64,000 nucleotides of DNA from contig OZ365116.1 of the NCBI GenBank assembly GCA_977030845.1, forward strand, positions 20,336,001 to 20,400,000, in the 5' to 3' direction. A program made the position numbers and the translations under genes. Below, in pieces: positions 52,901 through 62,013 of the stretch. Origin of the DNA: Fimbriosthenelais zetlandica. Its lineage: Eukaryota. Position 1 is the stretch's first letter, and every line of letters begins with the position of its first letter. The notes under the pieces are model-generated. The model made no database searches. It saw nothing but the letters and a program-made list of their open reading frames with translations, and was not told where the DNA came from.

Positions 52901-54995
52901 CAGTTACTATTTCACATAAAATACCATTCAATAATCTTAGTGAAATGTTGATGCTTACCAATTGCAATACAGAATCAGCCCACCTAAAGCTAAAGCAATG
53001 TGGAGCAGATTTATCTACATATTTCTCTAAAAAGTATATACCATACCAAAGCCATAAATATAAGTTTGAGATGAATTCTGTGTGTAACCTTTAGCACCAG
53101 TTTTGCCACCTCACTGCTTGTCTTGGTTTGATAAATTCCTCTCCAGTCTGGGAATGAGACCAGTGTAAAGATTACCTGCCGCCTGCTGGTTCTGATATCA
53201 GAGTGAGAGCCTTTATCACAGCGCAGCCCACAGGCTCCTCTTACCAACTTAGATCCATTACTTTGATGGAGAGGTCCAAACAAAATCAACAAGAGATGTA
53301 ATTAGTGATGCAACAAATTTCTCTTGATGAATTCTCTCCTAATTAACAAGCTTCAGAAAGACCCGTCCTTCCCAACCCAACACGGTCTGAAAACAATCAA
53401 AGTTTGAAAAGGATGCCATAGATTTTCCTTGCAAGATCAAAGACCTTCGGTTAATTGTAACTGTTTGATGTTGCATCTTATTTCGTTTTTCTTTTTGAAC
53501 TAATTATTTCCCTCATAAAACTTCAATTAATAAGCATCCAGATTTCAATACATACGAAGAAGGCCCGTGTAGTTGCTTTGGTCACATTTTGTTGTCATAT
53601 TTTATCATAGGAAGAAAAATATGAAGGTCTCATTGCCTTTAATCGAGGAATCACCAGCTTTTGATTCTAGATGAAATTGTGAGGGCATAGGCAAGGTTAT
53701 TAAGCCTGATTAATGTTTTCAGTTTGAGATTTCGGTGATAGATTTGAACATTTTGTCTTGATTTAATTTTCAGACAATCACCGCAGTTCTTACGGCGCCT
53801 GTCGACTCTCGTGGAGGAAGGTTCTGACGCCGAGGCCGAGGAGTCCCTACTGTCGCCCAAGATGCGCTCAGGCATGCTGGCTCAGCCTGGGCGTCGTCCA
53901 GGCCGCCTACTGGATGTGCCTACTGCCACCAGTAGCGGTAAAACACCTCCACAGTACAAGAACCCGCCTGGCTACCACACGGCCCTGCAGGCCAAGAGGG
54001 ATGCCTCACCTAGGTCTGAACACAGGTACCTACAATCTTAACACTAAATGAGAGAAAATGTATAAATGTCGAGAAGGACAGATTTTTAGTATTCTTCTAT
54101 AAGCAGAGGAAAAGGCTTCAAGAACAAGTCAAAAAGTGCAGTGGCTATCTCCAGTTTAAGTGAAAACATTTAAAATATACAATCAGTTAAGAATGTATTC
54201 TGTTTTTGTTCCCCCAGGAGCAGCATACTGGACGGCAAACCAGCAGAATCATCTGTCTACCAACCTCTTGACCAAGCAGAGCCTCCCACCAGCCTCACGC
54301 CCCTCATCTCCCCCAAGGCCATCAAGCCGGACAGGTCACCTGTGTCTCCGGGTGCCCTGGGCATGCCCTGTAAACGAACCATCTTCCCTCCTCCCCGCAC
54401 CGCCCTCTCTCCCACCAGAGATGAACAGCCATCTTCTCCTGCTACAAGGCACCAGCCAGCTTCTCCCAAAGTAGAGAGCAATGAGAAGACAGGGGGGGAG
54501 GACAAGGAGGAGGAAGAGATCAATTGTCAGAGATCCCGGCCAGGGAGTAGGAGGGGAATGCTCCTAGACACCCGCAAATCCAGGGATGAACTTTATACCA
54601 TTGACAAGGTAAGGATGGTGTTCTATTCCAGATGATATTCACCCTAATTAGTCCCGCAGGAATGGATGTTTGAAATTTGGGCCGGCGGCCATCTTGAAAA
54701 AGATGGCCGCCAAAAGTCTGAATAGATCTAGTCTGTACAGAACCGAAAGAATATACTTGTACCACATTTGGGGGTTTCTTCACATTAATTATAACTAGAT
54801 AGTTAATCTAGTAATAAGTTGTTTTTTTTATTTTACAGGAAGGTAAGAAAGTTGACCTGGTAAGCGGGAGTCTGGAGGAGGTAGAACTATCTGAAGCAGA
54901 CAAACTGCTGAACACTCAACTCCTGGACGAAGCCAGGAAGACATCAGACGAGTCACGACACAAGAGCCGACGCCTTCGCAAAGGACCAGGCTCTG
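1787..54995 (+). CDS. LRMP: Multi-exon KASH5/LRMP(IRAG2)-family protein: EF-hand pair, long coiled coil, disordered S/P-rich region; 23 coding exons, 3' end outside window
   Basis: Exons join in frame with matching intron phases (3904 nt total). N-terminus LFHNCDVKKTGRVKVASLIELL...IAELAKVLDPDGRNIDIDLQSYRLIMADWI matches, from memory, KASH5 TFEACDPQRTGTVAVAQVLAYL...LANSLDPNG..VDLDTFLVVMRDWI. Length over 1300 aa fits long LRMP better than KASH5 (about 560 aa). Exact orthology is not established. Confidence 0.8.
2179..2306 (+). CDS. Exon 2 (VLSGIAELAKVLDPDGRNIDIDLQSYRLIMADWIQRVRTPID), second half of EF-hand domain
   Basis: ttaactag| ... AG|gtaaat, phase 0 to 2; LDP.G and M.DWI motifs. Confidence 0.93.
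3474..3550 (+). CDS. Exon 3 (VVDEETPTVKETKTSTPNKKGPPVL)
   Basis: tgaacag| ... |gtgagt, phase 2 to 1. Confidence 0.85.
3907..3952 (+). CDS. Exon 4 (MMAYLEGSGDSHFA)
   Basis: tttcag| ... AG|gttagt, phase 1 to 2. Confidence 0.82.
4087..4243 (+). CDS. Exon 5 (NELQEEVKDLQFQNQRLAKEVSTLKTYLESSEE...), start of KASH5-like coiled coil; 3' boundary uncertain (4239 vs 4243)
   Basis: tttcag| acceptor; heptad pattern like KASH5 ELEYANRRLVGENAKLQRSMETAEE; only the donor at 4243 keeps frame with exon 6. Confidence 0.85.
4335..4544 (+). CDS. Exon 6 (RIKQKVYKMSSSLRALQDG...LTLTEEE), coiled coil
   Basis: atttag| ... GAG|gtatgg, 70 codons, phase 0. Confidence 0.88.
4578..4610. repeat. (TTCA)n microsatellite
   Basis: ttcattcattcattcatttattcattcatt. 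Confidence 0.8.
4652..4729 (+). CDS. Exon 7 (VSQASAQLSDMKIDNNHLIDNLRNEK)
   Basis: ttttcacag| ... AAG|gtatga, phase 0-0. Confidence 0.88.
4881..4937 (+). CDS. Exon 8 (GNVHCLQEKQYAMEKEQAE)
   Basis: cccttgcag| ... GAG|gtaagc, phase 0-0. Confidence 0.88.
5183..5242 (+). CDS. Exon 9 (YRAKLEELLTTVEDINKINE)
   Basis: ttcttgtag| ... GAG|gtaaga, phase 0-0. Confidence 0.88.
7081..7725 (+). CDS. Probable alternative first coding exon (215 codons, S/D/P-rich, MYRLEKTP...IVYDKT)
   Basis: 251-codon ORF, aacATG context, phase-0 donor |gtatgt at 7726 matching the exon 10 acceptor; in-frame stop upstream at 7033 and no phase-0 acceptor. Confidence 0.7.
8356..8420 (+). CDS. Exon 10 (KLKTERSELKVQLSETRSALD)
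   Basis: tttgcag| ... |gtgagt, phase 0 to 2; continues the exon 9 heptads. Confidence 0.88.
8584..8704 (+). CDS. Exon 11 (AILQAKLGVD...PSIASELKFE)
   Basis: ctttaccag| ... GAG|gtaatt, phase 2 to 0. Confidence 0.88.
8849..9031 (+). CDS. Exon 12 (LGKTPEMPVPLCG...SFEQI)
   Basis: ctctacag| ... |gtgagt, 61 codons, phase 0-0. Confidence 0.87.
9473..9674 (+). CDS. Exon 13 (VAYMESRKHELLEKL...KKLAKLK)
   Basis: tttgtag| ... G|gtaaca, phase 0 to 1. Confidence 0.87.
9819..9940 (+). CDS. Exon 14 (KQEDVETRHQMELEEAQ...KLEKFK), coiled coil
   Basis: cttttcag| ... AAG|gtgatt, phase 1 to 0. Confidence 0.87.
10178..10278 (+). CDS. Exon 15 (LEETVCTLVRRCC...QVQQLK), ends at a GC donor
   Basis: gatttag| ... AG|gcaagt, phase 0 to 2. 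Confidence 0.8.
10376..10860 (+). repeat. Interspersed repeat copy A with internal duplications
   Basis: Shares ggggag...ggtctatggcact(a)ggctcc followed by a C-rich tract with 30060-30300; tttaatattgctcctgtgtt occurs twice. Confidence 0.5.
12233..12271. repeat. Poly-C homopolymer (39 nt, one T)
   Basis: Directly visible. Confidence 0.9.
20983..21023 (+). CDS. Candidate alternative first exon MGNCVSTQGYLHV(S)
   Basis: agaATGG start; phase-2 donor AG|gtacca (weak); a stronger donor at 21093 is phase 0. Confidence 0.45.
30060..30300 (+). repeat. Interspersed repeat copy B
   Basis: ggtctatggcactaggctcc 30072-30091; gcatt.aaggggcagtat duplicated. Confidence 0.5.
31033..31112 (+). CDS. Candidate alternative first exon MDDRTGGARNASVSNSAPYHCQWLQS(S)
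   Basis: gtcATGG start; strong phase-2 donor AG|gtaagg compatible with exon 16. Confidence 0.55.
31771..32143 (+). CDS. Candidate alternative N-terminal exon (Q-rich then E-rich, ...SSPSSSKI)
   Basis: Frame is stop-free from 31746; phase-2 donor AG|gtacct; start either ATG 32070 or via mini-exon 31210-31222 spliced to ttttaacag|31771. Confidence 0.45.
37781..37830 (+). mobile_element. Possible degenerate tRNA-derived SINE head
   Basis: A-box-like ggctcaggtggtag and B-box-like gggtttaattccc at tRNA-like spacing; both imperfect. Confidence 0.25.
37843..37916 (+). CDS. Candidate alternative first exon MYCCYLSPVLLTGLSKSSHVSLLL(S)
   Basis: 24 codons plus 2 nt; strong phase-2 donor AG|gtgagc; weak start context. 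Confidence 0.4.
40151..40191 (+). CDS. Candidate alternative first exon MSIRGANHILETL(S)
   Basis: gtcATG start; phase-2 donor AG|gtaatg, 434 nt before exon 16. Confidence 0.5.
40626..40666 (+). CDS. Exon 16 (ANAELTDKYNKAE), 41 nt
   Basis: ttccgttttcag| ... G|gtaagg, phase 2 to 1, matching exon 15 and exon 17. Confidence 0.82.
42088..42158 (+). CDS. Exon 17 (LMNDSDDDLEKNKRSKKEAQKTQ)
   Basis: ttttctccag| ... |gtaagt, phase 1 to 0. Confidence 0.85.
43094..43280 (+). promoter_or_regulatory. MEF2/CRE motif cluster; candidate internal promoter or enhancer
   Basis: CTATAAATAG 43094-43103, TGACGTCA 43120-43127, donor AAG|gtatga at 43180, CTATTTATAG 43213-43222, CTATAAATGG 43271-43280. Confidence 0.45.
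46351..46404. repeat. 16-bp tandem repeat (accctctcaccctccc), about 3.4 copies
   Basis: Three exact units at 46351, 46367 and 46383, plus a partial unit. Confidence 0.9.
47417..47527 (+). CDS. Exon 18 (ATFDEMASADSIRDQISMEIQTLRSQLARSQATLAAL)
   Basis: ttttcttgcag| ... |gtgagt, phase 0-0, heptad pattern. Confidence 0.87.
47828..48055 (+). CDS. Candidate cassette exon (to 47953) or terminal exon with hydrophobic C-terminal tail
   Basis: ctccgtgtag| phase-0 acceptor, 75 open codons, internal phase-0 donor GAG|gtgagg at 47953. Confidence 0.3.
   Translation, partial: DNKYLSLKVNTEPKCNKTIWLSLVLSQIFMKMGNLKRWYWLEVRGGAVFALVVNVWLALSHTLFALLSLALSICS
50194..50296 (+). CDS. Exon 19 (QSKGLPLTRTSHTQDPGGWK...SPLI)
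   Basis: gtgttgcag| ... G|gtaagt, phase 0 to 1. Confidence 0.8.
51893..52898 (+). CDS. Exon 20, 1006 nt, S/T/P-rich disordered region
   Basis: Inside the 467-codon ORF; ttatttcag| ... AG|gtcagt, phase 1 to 2. Confidence 0.9.
53774..54025 (+). CDS. Exon 21 (QSPQFLRRLSTLVEEGSD...SPRSEH)
   Basis: aattttcag| ... AG|gtacct, phase 2-2. Confidence 0.88.
54218..54608 (+). CDS. Exon 22 (SSILDGKP...ELYTIDK), Pro-rich
   Basis: ttcccccag| ... AAG|gtaagg, phase 2 to 0. Confidence 0.88.
54684..54711. repeat. Perfect 12-bp inverted repeat with GAAA loop
   Basis: ggcggccatctt-gaaa-aagatggccgcc. Confidence 0.85.
54839..54995 (+). CDS. Exon 23 (EGKKVDLVSGSLEEVELSEAD...KGPGS)
   Basis: attttacag| ... G|gtaagt, phase 0 to 1; no partner acceptor found in the window. 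Confidence 0.87.
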
Positions 54996-57900
54996 GTAAG
55001 TCTTTACTATGTTTCGGGGTTGGTCTTATAGTTGAAGACACGAGTAACTCTTGTTGCTGTTAGTTATTTTATTATACACGAGGCTGTAGGAAACTCCATA
55101 CAAAAACCTCAGCATTTCGTTGAGGTTTAGAATGGAATGTTAGTGGTGTTGACAGAAGGGACGGACTCACAGTCACACTGTAATTCTGAGTTGACTTCTT
55201 AGCGAAGTGCAGAGAGGCCTGTGTGCTGGCTGCACGCAAGGCAGGTAGAGAGTGAGTGAATGAGGTGGAGAAATGAGGGAATTCAGTGACTTGCACTTTA
55301 GGAGTGGACTATGGGACCCTAGTGGTAAAAACAGAGAAAGAGAGAGTTTAGACACAGTGAGAGATTGAGAGACATGGTGCCAACATTCTGATTAAAATGT
55401 TTAGAAGGTCTACTTGGTAAAGTTAGACTTAGTTCCTATAGAGGGCGTCCCAGTAAAACCACGCGCCTTGTTGGCCTGCAGCTGGTTGCTGGGAAACCTC
55501 CCTTATCTCTCCTCTCATAGAAACTCCTTTAATGTCTTCATTTTCCCCGATATATTTCAAATTTGCGGTACTGCCTCTCCAATTGTCATGTTCTTCAGAA
55601 ACTCCTTTATTCAGAAACTCATTTCTAGTATTTTGTGTACCAGGGTGGCCTATATTTGAAGAGTACCTCTTTTCTTTATAATTGAAGTGAAGAGTTAAAT
55701 ATCCTTTTCTGCGTCAATATACCTCGTGGGCTCTTGGCGCTCTTCAGGTTTGGTTGGGCTCCAAGAATAAAGTAGTGTGACTGTTGAGAGAGCAGTAATT
55801 TGTTGGCCGGGTATATAAACAAGTGTCTAGTTGTGTTTGCTCTCCTCCTTATCTCCAGCTCTCTCCTACATTCTCTCCCTTCATGATATACGGCACGCCC
55901 CTTACCTCCTGTGTTCCCCTCTCCACCCTGCCATGTCCCTCTATATGTAAACTGACTTGTGTTCACTTTTGGGTTGAAAATTGGATGAAATTCTACCTCA
56001 AATAATTAAATATTATCTTCCATATCCAAACAGGGTAATCGAAAAATAATTCTTTGACACTTAGGCTTAACATGTTTCTATTAGAAACGAGATATCGTCT
56101 GAACAGTGCAAATGCAAAAAAGGGGTTGATATCGTTCAAATAAATATTGCAACATTTATTGTTTTATATTAGGCACACAACTGATCAAAGTCTTAAGAGT
56201 ATAGGTATTCCAGGTCACATTGAATTGACAGTGATTGATACAGCTCAAGCTCTGATTGCTCTGTTAATATTTACTATTCATGAGTGCTTGTGGATGTGGG
56301 TTCACACCGTATCAATAATTCAACATTAGTTGGTTTTACTGCTTTGTGTTGGCTTTCTAAGGATAGAGCACCTTTTGAGTGGGCGGTGTTCTTCCTTACT
56401 GCCCTGATGAAACCATATAGAACTCTATTTTAGACACTTTTGGTAGATCCTGGAAGACAGATCATAAAATGTATCCTTCCTACTTGCCAAGGTTCAAGAC
56501 CCCGAGTCCTAACTCTGAAGCAGGATTTCAGGAGAACATTCCTCTCTCCAGCTGTAAATTTAAAAGATAAAAAACCATTAAGCTTGCTGGAATTACAGAC
56601 GAAGCTATCCAGCTTTATGAAAGCCGCTCAGCTTTTCCTCTAGTTGGATGAAATTTTAATCTACAAGATGAAGGTGTTGAGTGAATGCCAGGCTGTCGTA
56701 CATAAGGTCAGATTGTTTGGGTTGACAAAGGGTTAAATATAATAGTTAAACATAACAATGCCAGGTCATGTTATGATAGGCTTGGATCCTAACTCTTAAA
56801 CCCGGCCCTATTTTACTGGAACCTTGTATTACAAAGCTGGGATCAGTTCTAGTTTAGCTGGATTCTCGCTGGCTTTTACAGGTCTGGTGTGACTTGTTTG
56901 CATTAGACTGGGAAATGAGAGTGAAACGCTGGGTGGGGTCAGGGGGGTCATTAGCCGGGCCTGCCTGGTGATGTTGTTTAGTTTGGTGTTAGGAGTGGCT
57001 GCAGGCACGGCTAAACTGAGTGATAATCATCAATCCTGCACCCTTAAAAGCTGCCACCGCCAGGTTAGGGCTTCATATATGTTTGATATCAAAGTCCTGC
57101 TCATAATACGGCTGATATTATGGTTTAGATCAGAGGCATCCAAAACATATCTGTACCTGCTTGCCATCCTCCCGGGCAAACGGTCCATGACATGATATAT
57201 ATTTTATAAATCCATTTTACTCTAAGCATAATCTATGCCGCTGTCCACAATATGACTCAATATTACTTCCTTGGAAGCAAATACTGTCCGTACCTTGGAT
57301 CTTTCCCTTCGTCCCTTAATTTAACATAAGTACTGGTATAGCTACTCAAGCAAGAAAAAGCCAGTGATTAACCCTCGTCATATAGCAGCTCTGGATGCAC
57401 TCTGCATCCTATCACCCATCTACTTCACTCAACCCCCTCCCAATGTTACTAGATCCTCCCCCCATACCATTACTGAGATCCACCTAGCCCTCTACCTCCA
57501 CCACCACCACCACCACTCCCTCCACCCACACCACTCCTCTCACTCACACTCCACCTCTAAAACACAAGTCCTACACATTTCCTCCAGGCAGGCGGTGGTC
57601 AACTAAAAGCTTCCCAGACTGTACATACATACTCTGCCATCTACTGAGTATGGTCCAGCTAATGGCCAGTCCTCCTCTCTCACTTATCACACAAATATTA
57701 TAACTAATTCAAGTTTAAACCTCCCATCAGGGTCTCTTGTGAATCCTGTGCACTTATTTTTCGGAGTGACCACAGTCACCAAAAGTTACCCACAAACTGA
57801 CTTAAGGATCATTCATTTTACAAGGCACTTTGAGTGGCTGTGTGAGTGGATTGATTGAGGATACAGTCAAGTGGCTATCTTATATTATGACCTGGAGGGT

Positions 57901-60900
57901 AATAGAGCGTGGAGGTTGTGCCTGTCAGTGCACTGCATACTGTCTGCCAGTACTATAATGCATTATTAAGATGAGATCACAAAACAGCTGGCAGATTCAT
58001 TGGCCGAGAAGACAGAGAGGAGGGAGAGGAGGAGGAGTCTTGCTTCTCTTGTAGCCACAGGTTGGAAGACTTAAGTTATTTTCGGGATAAGTTTTGCTCT
58101 AAGGAGTCACTTAAGAGTTTTGAGTTCAATCCCAGTCTAGAGTTTCTTCTATTGTGAATACCTGTGAGTATATTGTGTTCATAACACGAGGATATAATGT
58201 ATTGTACGGTCGTTATTTGGGATTCAACTCAGGCACAAGGTTTATTGTGAGATAACCACATGAAAAACTTTGAGGTGCTGATCCAGCCATCTATCAACCC
58301 AGCCTCCTGCCAAACGCCACATACCAGCAAATAGACCTGAGCATTGGAATTGCTGATTTTCGTGATCAAAGAGAACAGATACATTTTTTCTCTTGGCTGG
58401 ACATTTTATACAGTCAATATCAGTGAGTCCCAATTTGCTGCTCTGTTTATTCTACTGCTCTACTTAACCTACAGTTTAGTTATACTGACTAAAATTCCAC
58501 CGTCGACAAGTTTTTGAAGCCAGATTGGAAGTTTACCAGGCAACACAGAGTCACATTTCAGTGGAAGTGTTCTGGGATATTGCAAAAACAACATTGAGGT
58601 GTTCCTGTTGACAAAAAGACCTGGCAGAAGTATCGACCGCAGTGTGTTATTGACTTTTTCGCCTTTCATTTGATTGATAAACACATGGGAAAAGAGCACT
58701 TTGTGGACGAGCAGGAAGCTGACAGTTACTGAACACCTCACCTGTGGACTTTGCTCCACTATAACTAGTCCTGCACCACAGATCTATACACACACCCTCC
58801 TCAACTATTTCATCTTCAAGTGTTCTTACATCATCTAAATAACAAATATCCAACTCTAATTATTATTCCTAGAGTATTCATAAACTGGATTTACCGCATT
58901 TACTTCATGCCATGCTTCTCAATATTTCACCCTAAGTTGAGCTTTTGATATGCGGATATCCGGTCTAAAGGGATTAATGTAAAAAAGGTTTACGGCCAGC
59001 AAATTTATATAAAGACCTTATAAATGGTAATAGAATGGACTAGTTAGCGGAGAATAGGACCGTTAGTCCATTACTTCATGGTCTGAATGCTTTTTCTCCG
59101 CGGGCAGCTGTCATGGTGTCAGGATACTCCGTCTAGGTGTCAGTATGATGTATACCTATTCCTTTCTCTTGCCTTCAGTATGAGCTGAGTTGTTAGACAG
59201 GGTCAGAAGTTTAATTTTGATAAAGTTTAGAGCCTGACTGCCACTGATTTAACCGGCAATAACAAAATGTTACCAGAGACAGCTACTCTCAACCCACGCC
59301 TGTCTGAGCAGTGTCAGCATACATCAAGGCACGGGAGAAGCTCGAGTCAAATTTAGGCTCACTTTTTCACGCTGTTTTTCTCATTTCTGACTCAAAAGTG
59401 TCAGTTCATATGCTGTGTTTGTGCCTTGGTCGCACATGGAACGAATATAGAATTTTTTTAATACGTATGCTGCATATATACTGTATAGTTGTGGTACATT
59501 TCTGATCAGGCCGTTACTTGAGTCAGTGGTCTGTTTAACTCTATGAGATGAGTGGTAATCTTGATGACAACATCTTGAGTTGATCATTTATAACTGACAT
59601 AAAACCCTGTGTTTCCCTGCTGTCTTCCTCACTGACTGACTCAGTGTTGGTGGTGGAACTGTTTACTATTGGATTACCGGCCTATCAGGTACAGAGAGAG
59701 GTGGGAGGGCCAGTACGTCCATCACAGTACCTCAGTCTATTCCTCCACCACTGGCCTCCACACCACAACTAGACACTGTCTCTCACTCTCAACCTCAAAT
59801 ATGCACTCTTTTCCTCCAGGCCCTTTTCGGAGAACAAGGATATAAAAATTCATTCACAAACATCTAAAGGAAAGATCCTCAATCAGGACGCTTCTTCATT
59901 TCTTGGACAAAATTCTGAATGGAAAAATCCATATTTTATAACGGAATTATTTTCAATCATTTCTTTCCAAAAGGAAGATTGATATGCTGGTATCCATCAA
60001 CAAGGCTCTGATTAAAAGGTGTTTTTCACTTGATTCCTGAAAAACATAAAGAGGTGTCAAGGCTTTAGACTATGAAGGAAATGGTGGTGGAGATAATGAC
60101 GGTGGTGGCTGCCTTTTGTGTGGTGATGAATTAATAGTTACAGTCATTGAAGGCAGATCATTGTAACCTCCACAGCTCAAAGCGTGGAGAAAACGTTCAC
60201 ACCGCCTGTGGGGGACTGTACAACAGCTGGTCGTCCCCGAGCCTCCACATTTGAGATAGCTCAAAAAGGAAATTACTAAAAAACAATCTGGACATCAAAC
60301 AAGCAAAAAATTGGAGCAAGCCATTGATTATTTTTCGCAGGTGAGAGTGGAACGTGAGAGATGTAAAGGGAATCTTTGATTGGAATATTGACATTACAAT
60401 ACACAGTTCATATTCCACGATCATTGACACCCATTGATGACTGTCCTGGTGTCCGTGCTGGCTTTCTAGTTGGAAACTACAACATTAATGAACTGCCTAC
60501 GGTTACGATCTGTGGAAATGTTTCAAAATCCAATTTCCTCCCTCTGGTACATCTTTTCTCACTCAGAAAGCAGCCAATAACCTTCTTCGATATTACCTCA
60601 GAATGAGTGTCTATATTCTGTGGTATTCACTATATTTCAAAGTGGTTTGAAGGAATATCTGGACGGACTGAGCTTTTGATTCTGTTTAAAGGCCGGGGGA
60701 ATTTACATTGGCCTACAGTCCAGGTATCTAAGTGTGGCTAAACTAGAAGTGAAGTTCACTCTTGATCCAATCTGAGACACGGGGAAGTGTTTCTCCCTGG
60801 GTTCTCTCTCAGCCAAGTGGATAATTTAGCCTTGTTTCAGGCCTCCACCCGGCTCCAGACCTCTCCATTGTTGATCTGACAGGAGAAAATCGCCGGCCAT

Positions 60901-61682
60901 ATAAACATTTACCCCAGACCTGAGAGAGGTTTATCAGGCAGCAGGGTGAGATTTATCAATTCACTAAGACTGGCTTATCAGTTGAGTAATCAGTGAAGAA
61001 TCACTGAGTGGAGCATAAGTGCGAGCACCTGGTGCAGATCTTACTCCAGCACCAGTTCATCACAGCCGTCTGATGCTGTACAAACATACACCTGGCTGGA
61101 CTCCTACATATTGCTTCATGAAACCATTAATCAGCTATGGTATTGCCACTATTTCTTCCCTGCTGTATTTCAAGTTCTCATTTTGAAAATCCATCTTACT
61201 TCATTGATAAGGAAACTTTTACAACTGAACTGAAGGAGGAAAGAATTTAAAAGAGATCGCTCATTTCTTCATTTCACAGAAAAGTTGAGCACAACGCCTA
61301 AGCTTGCCTATGGTTTATATGGATTGTGGAGTCTTGAACTTGGTTAATCGATCAAAGTTAAAGTAACGCCGACTTTGTTCATTAGGTGGCAGTTGAATTG
61401 TGTGAAGGTAAACCTCATTCAGGAGAATGTGAAATAAGCTGCTGTTCACATGCAAGGACTAGGAAGATTTCCCAGGAATCGTTTGTATAAACCTATTAAT
61501 TGAAAAGTCAACGAAAGGCTTGGTTCCAAAAGCAGTGAGTGTGTTAAGTGAAGAAAGTGAAGTGTGTTAGTACTGGAAGTTAACAGGAAATTACGCCAGT
61601 GATTGCTTCTTCAAGGAGTACCCAAACAAACTCAAGTAACAGACATTTGTCAAACCAAAGTTTGAAGTGATAATAGCCAAAG

Positions 61683-62013
61683 ATGACAGAGAAGATCTAC
61701 AGTACTCGGAGAAGGATCTCCATCATGCCTCGCCTCGCTGCTTACCACGAGGAGCAGGAGGAAGAGGAAGATGTGACAGAAATAGACAGTGAGCTGCTCA
61801 AACGACTCCAAACCTTACACCGAGCAGAACATGGTGACCAGGTGGTGGAAGAGGAGGAGGACGTGGACGGGGAAGGTGGTGTCAACTTTAAATCTACTCC
61901 TGAGATTAAAGTCAGCTCAACCAGTACGAGTAAAACCCCCCATACACCGTCCTACACTACCACACTCCCAGTGATCACACGGACTAGCCATAGTAAAGTT
62001 GATGAGTCTACAG
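61683..62013 (+). CDS. Probable alternative first exon for a short isoform (MTEKIYSTRRRISIMPRL...KVDEST)
   Basis: aagATG, 110 protein-like acidic codons, in-frame stop at 61674, phase-1 donor AG|gtgggt (same phase as exon 23). Confidence 0.7.

Noticed and set aside
52110-54523. Several - strand and alternate-frame ORFs over exons 20-22
   Set aside because: Shadow ORFs of GC-richer coding exons
56400-56450. Second CTGATGA with an acca/tggt stem
   Set aside because: No GAAA core after the stem, so not a hammerhead
58121-58231. 14-bp inverted repeat (1 mismatch) with a B-box-like core
   Set aside because: Does not extend, no target-site duplication, no A box
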